Position numbers and translations under genes: made by a program. The notes beneath the pieces were generated by a model. That model saw only the letters and a program-made list of their open reading frames with translations, ran no database searches and was not told the DNA's origin. Positions 59,782-64,000 of a stretch of DNA of 64,000 nucleotides are shown piece by piece. The stretch covers positions 2,528,001-2,592,000 of the forward strand of contig OZ252100.1 in assembly GCA_965248435.1 (NCBI GenBank). The letters run 5' to 3'. This DNA is from Candidatus Latescibacterota bacterium. GTDB lineage: Bacteria; Latescibacterota; UBA2968; GCA-2709665. Every line of letters starts with the position of its first letter. The first letter of the stretch is position 1.

Positions 59782-61255
59782 AGTCGTCTCCAGGACTCAG
59801 AGGTTTTGCTCGATAACGAATGCTCATGACCAGGGATACAAGAATAATGAGGAACAGAACTAATACACCGGGACGAGCAAACCAGCTCAAACCGTACCGT
59901 TGTACTGAGATGAAGAGATACGTTTCCAGGTTGCCCGCCAGCACGAAGCCGATGAGAGCAGCGGGCCGAGGCCATGCCAGATGTTTCATCACCCACCCCA
60001 GCGTTCCAATCAGTAAGAGCGCTACCAAATCGCCCCAGCTTCTCGTCGCCTGATATGAGACCAATGTTACGACGAGTACCATAAAAGGCGCTACATAGTG
60101 GAAAGGGATGATCGTAATCTGGGAGATGGGTCGGGACAAGAGAATGCAAAGCCCTGCTCCAACGACATTGGCCAGCGCTAGACTCCAAATTGCTGTGTAG
60201 AGCAGGTCCGCTTTTTCGGTCACCATGGAAGGCCCTGGTTGAATTCCAAGAATAAGAAGACCCCCCAAAAAAACGGCCATAGAGCCAGAGCCGGGGATAC
60301 CGAAAAGGAGTGTCGGAATGAGCCCCCCTCCTTCCTTCGCATTGTTGGCGCTCTCAGGCGCCAAAACGCCTCGAATATCCCCTCTTCCGAAATTCTTCGG
60401 GGGCCTGGCTGTTGTTATGATATGCCCGTAGGCGAGCCAATCTACCACCGAACCACCGAGACCTGGCAGGAACCCCACAACGACACCGATCAGGCTGCAC
60501 CGCAAGACGATGAATTTGTAGCGAATGACATCTTTTACGCCGTCCAACCAGCCTTTTTCAATCTTGCCGGCTTGAGCAATGGGCCGCCCTTGCCTGATGA
60601 GGTCTATCAGCTCGGGAACTGCGAACAGCCCGAGCCCTACAACGACAAGAGAGATGCCGTCCAGCAGATACGCTGTGCCAAAGGTGTAGCGGTATTCGGG
60701 GACCGCCGGGGCCGATCCCATCGATCCGATCATGAGTCCGATGCCAGCAGCCAGCAGGCCTTTGAGGATGTGTTTGCCGGAGAGAATTCCGACCATCGAT
60801 ATCCCGAGGAGCGCCAGCATGAAAAGCTCCGGAGAGCCGAAAGCGAGTATGAGTGGCCGGGCGATGGGTACTATGACGGAGAGCGCCAACGCCCCAATAA
60901 GTCCACCGATAAGTGACGCCGAAAAGGCGGCGGAAAGGGCCCGCGCCGCCTGACCTTTTTGGGCCAAAGGATACCCGTCCATGACGGTGGCCTGAGATCC
61001 TGCTGAGCCCGGAATGCCCATCAACACCGAGGGGAACGTGTCCGAAGTGGGAATGACCGCGATCATCCCGATTAGAAGGGCAAACGCGCTATGGGGAGCC
61101 ATGCCGTATATCACAGGTAGGAGCATGGTCATACCTACGATGCCACCAAGCCCTGGAATGATCCCGACCAAGAGTCCTACCAGAACGCCTGTGATCAACA
61201 TCAATAAGTGCGTCATGCTAAAAACAGTGTGTAAGGACTCCAGGAATGCATCCAC
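59771..61255 (-). CDS. tctA: tripartite tricarboxylate transporter permease TctA
   Basis: GIIPGLGG, GIPGS, DGYPLA, APESANNA, LLFGIPGS, GIQPGP. Confidence 0.93.
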   Translation of the reverse strand: MDAFLESLHTVFSMTHLLMLITGVLVGLLVGIIPGLGGIVGMTMLLPVIYGMAPHSAFALLIGMIAVIPTSDTFPSVLMGIPGSAGSQATVMDGYPLAQKGQAARALSAAFSASLIGGLIGALALSVIVPIARPLILAFGSPELFMLALLGISMVGILSGKHILKGLLAAGIGLMIGSMGSAPAVPEYRYTFGTAYLLDGISLVVVGLGLFAVPELIDLIRQGRPIAQAGKIEKGWLDGVKDVIRYKFIVLRCSLIGVVVGFLPGLGGSVVDWLAYGHIITTARPPKNFGRGDIRGVLAPESANNAKEGGGLIPTLLFGIPGSGSMAVFLGGLLILGIQPGPSMVTEKADLLYTAIWSLALANVVGAGLCILLSRPISQITIIPFHYVAPFMVLVVTLVSYQATRSWGDLVALLLIGTLGWVMKHLAWPRPAALIGFVLAGNLETYLFISVQRYGLSWFARPGVLVLFLIILVSLVMSIRYRAKPLSPGDDFAD

Positions 61256-61267
61256 GACTCTTCCTCC

Positions 61268-62359
61268 CTATTCCGCAGTAATCCCATACTTGCTCGTGAT
61301 CCAATCGCGCATCCAGGATTTGCTCTCATCTGGAACGTCTATGACTTGCTTGAACGATTCATGTGCCAACTTCCCGACGAGTTGCGGATAGCCTCCCAGG
61401 CTCTTCTCAACCTCTCCTTGAAACTGGGAATCCGCGATGATTTTGGCGGCCGCTGCCCGATAATCCTGTACGATTTCATCTGGCGTATTTTCAGGCAGCC
61501 ACATGGCCTTTTGCAGGCCGAAGCCCGCAATTAAAAACGCCTTCCAGGCTTGCCACTCCGGCCCGGAAGGCTTTTCCCCGTGCACCATCTCGTACACTTC
61601 GGGAAAACACGGCAGGTCCGGCTCGATTGGATCTCTGACAATAGTCCCGTCCCGATCCAACACACCCCATGTCATTAAAGGTACGGCGAGTTTCTGTTTT
61701 ACTAGAGGACGGACGTTTTTGATGTAAGCGGTAGTAGTCTGATAGTCGATGTTGGCTTCCCCCTGCTCGAACGCGACTCGTCCGGCGCCTCTGCCCTTGT
61801 AGCCGAAGATTGCGCTGACTTCAAGTTTGAGCATATGGAAAGCCAATAATGGAACAATATCGAGGGATGTTGGCCCTTGAGAGGCATAAGAGAGTTTCAG
61901 GTTGAATCCCTTGAGGTCCCGGGCGGACGTAACCCCCATGCCGGGTTTGGTATAGACCACCCCACCGGAAGGGGAAGCGAATACGATTTGATACTTTGCG
62001 AAGTCGTACTGGACTTTGCGGTTTTCCAGTAGATAGGGGAACGTTGTAGACCCTGAAGAGCCAAAGACCGTCAAGCCATCAGCACTGACCCCCGTGTGAA
62101 AGTAGTTCCCTCCATTGATACTCCCGCCGCCCGGCATATTCTTTACAACAACCACAGGATGGCCTGGAAGATACTTCTGAAAATAGGGTGCGTAGATTCT
62201 TGCCCATATATCGGAGCCCCCACCCACTTTAAAAGGGATGATCCACTTAATGGTGCTGCGAGAACCTTTCGTCTGGTAAGCGACATATACGTTCAGCAAG
62301 GTGAGAAGAATAACGCTTACAAGGAAAATTATCCTTTTCTTCTGAAGCCGTGTGGTCAT
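61268..62359 (-). CDS. tctC: tripartite tricarboxylate transporter substrate-binding protein
   Basis: WIIPFKVGGGSDIWAR, NMPGGGS, DGLT, GYKGRG, GEANID. Confidence 0.85.
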   Translation of the reverse strand: MTTRLQKKRIIFLVSVILLTLLNVYVAYQTKGSRSTIKWIIPFKVGGGSDIWARIYAPYFQKYLPGHPVVVVKNMPGGGSINGGNYFHTGVSADGLTVFGSSGSTTFPYLLENRKVQYDFAKYQIVFASPSGGVVYTKPGMGVTSARDLKGFNLKLSYASQGPTSLDIVPLLAFHMLKLEVSAIFGYKGRGAGRVAFEQGEANIDYQTTTAYIKNVRPLVKQKLAVPLMTWGVLDRDGTIVRDPIEPDLPCFPEVYEMVHGEKPSGPEWQAWKAFLIAGFGLQKAMWLPENTPDEIVQDYRAAAAKIIADSQFQGEVEKSLGGYPQLVGKLAHESFKQVIDVPDESKSWMRDWITSKYGITAE

Positions 62360-62563
62360 AATTCCTTCACCGTTTCAAATCCCAATTTCTCGGTCTTTCA
62401 ACTCCGTGACGCGCCCTCTTTTCAGAGATCCATTCGATCGTCTTGCCAGAGAAATCAACATCACCGGGTAGCAGACCTTGAACTTCCTATCGCTTATCGA
62501 TTCCGTCGTTCTCCCGGCGCAGGCACCGACGCTGAACGTCCCGGGCCGGTGGGTTCGTCAAGT

Positions 62564-64000
62564 CTACGGAGGGACCATCCGATCAGCCTCGCGCACCTGG
62601 ACAATCACACAAAAGCGCGTCCCAGGGACCTTTGCGAAGCCGGCCAGCCAGCGGCCGGCGTGCGCGGAATTCTCTTGTCCAACCGGATCGCGGTAGTCTT
62701 CAAACGCGCCGCCCGAAAGCATATGGGCCTGATCCTTCGGGAAGGGAACGGGACAAGCACGAGGCTCGAATGTCGGGTGGAGCACGATCAGATACTCCGC
62801 GGGTTGTTTGGGCTCGCCTCTTGCGGGATTGGGATCCCAGAGACCCACCACGGCGACCTTATACCTCGAATCCTTGATCTGCTCCAAGCCCATGGTTCGG
62901 CCGGTGGTGATTGACGCATGGATCACCCCAATGATTTCCCCCTCTTCGGACTGCACAACGCGGTCAATACCAAACTTGTAGATCTTCTGCGCCTTGGAAA
63001 AATAGAGCCTCGAGACGTACACGGCCTGGACCCCGGGTTCACTCGCCCGGGCAAGCGCCCCCTGTATGTAATCGCGAAAGAGGAAGTTCTTCCCGAGCAA
63101 AGGCTCCTCCCGATCTTCTTGGTCCATCGACTGTTCAAGCATCTTCCCCTTGGCATCATAGATCGCGGAGGTCTCGAAGGGGCGGTAACCTTCTAGGCCG
63201 AGGCGGCTCTTCGCCAGATTCTTTAGGAAGGCATGAAGGCCGTCCACGTCGTCCGACCGCAGCATCACTCTCAACTTGTCGCTCCCCGCCGCCTCGTTCA
63301 CGACCGCCTTCAGCTTTTCGAGCCGGTTGTGCAGGATCGAGGCTACCAATCCGGCGACATATTCGCAGCTCTCCAGCGTTGCCCTTTTTTGGGCTGAGAC
63401 CGTGATCTCAGCGTTACGCTTGTCCAACCAGGTCTTTCCGCCAACACCAGAAAGCGACAGGGCCACAACCGTGAAGACGGCCGCAGCGGGATTGCGCCGG
63501 CTCCACCGCCACACGTGTTTCCAGACAGGCCAGCGTGGAACCGCTCTTGGTTTCTTTAGATCCAGCCATCGTTGCAGGTCGCGGGCTACAGCCTCCGCGG
63601 ATCCATAGCGTTCCTCTGGGTTCTTCTCCAAGCATTTGAGACAGGTCCTTTCCAGATCGGGGTCGCAGCGACCGTGCAGTGCCTTCGGGAACTCCGGGAT
63701 GCGGTTCCTGACCAGGGTCTGGGGGTCCGCCCACGACTCGTCGGGACTTTCGACTCGATAGGGCGCCTTTCCGGTAAGGATGGCAAAGAGAACGGCGCCC
63801 AGCCCGTGCACGTCGCTCGTCGTGGTCAGGTCTAAATTCGGCTCTGTCTGTTCGGGAGACATGAAACCAATCGTGCCTTCGACGTTTCCCGTAGCCGGGA
63901 TTTTCTCATCCTTCTCAAAAGGCTTGGCCAGGCCAAAGTCTGTAACATATGGCCGCTGTTCGTCGTCCAGCAGGATGTTATCTGGTTTCAGGTCACCATG
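62564..64000 (-). CDS. membrane Ser/Thr protein kinase with C-terminal Cache-like sensor domain, 5' end outside the window
   Basis: Window end reads HGDLKPDNILL...TDFGLAK...GTIGFMSPEQ, SDVHGLG, CLEKNPEERY; TM after RRNP; Cache-like FRDYIQGA, YVSRLY. Confidence 0.88.
   Translation of the reverse strand, partial: HGDLKPDNILLDDEQRPYVTDFGLAKPFEKDEKIPATGNVEGTIGFMSPEQTEPNLDLTTTSDVHGLGAVLFAILTGKAPYRVESPDESWADPQTLVRNRIPEFPKALHGRCDPDLERTCLKCLEKNPEERYGSAEAVARDLQRWLDLKKPRAVPRWPVWKHVWRWSRRNPAAAVFTVVALSLSGVGGKTWLDKRNAEITVSAQKRATLESCEYVAGLVASILHNRLEKLKAVVNEAAGSDKLRVMLRSDDVDGLHAFLKNLAKSRLGLEGYRPFETSAIYDAKGKMLEQSMDQEDREEPLLGKNFLFRDYIQGALARASEPGVQAVYVSRLYFSKAQKIYKFGIDRVVQSEEGEIIGVIHASITTGRTMGLEQIKDSRYKVAVVGLWDPNPARGEPKQPAEYLIVLHPTFEPRACPVPFPKDQAHMLSGGAFEDYRDPVGQENSAHAGRWLAGFAKVPGTRFCVIVQVREADRMVPP

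Overview
GC-rich bacterial chromosomal segment. Its catabolic content (sulfatases, PhyH dioxygenases, glycoside hydrolases, hydantoinases, TRAP/TTT transporters) resembles that of uncultured heterotrophic lineages; taxonomy cannot be fixed from the sequence. Four parts stand out. (1) A signalling patch at 13-20.4 kb has two near-identical tandem fliG genes but no other flagellar gene in the window, among orphan receiver proteins, a stand-alone cNMP-binding protein, IHF/HU and a sigma54-type promoter in front of an unannotated 38-aa membrane peptide. (2) An operon at 31-40.7 kb encodes hydantoinase B, A and a second B, plus an unusual homocysteine S-methyltransferase/class I SAM methyltransferase fusion. 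(3) A tRNA-Pro 3' fragment (att-like) at 56.7 kb borders a probable island. The island carries a three-gene module of a membrane protein with a CGGGCGGCGGG tail (TIGR04222-like), a DUF692/MNIO enzyme (frameshifted in this sequence) and a partner protein, which is a candidate membrane-anchored RiPP-like modification system. (4) Several genes show internal deletions or frameshifts (prpE, an FAD oxidoreductase, an FGGY kinase, GH28, VapC, DUF692), and intergenic REP-type palindromes and 7-mer repeats are frequent. All calls come from motif recognition by eye; no searches were run.
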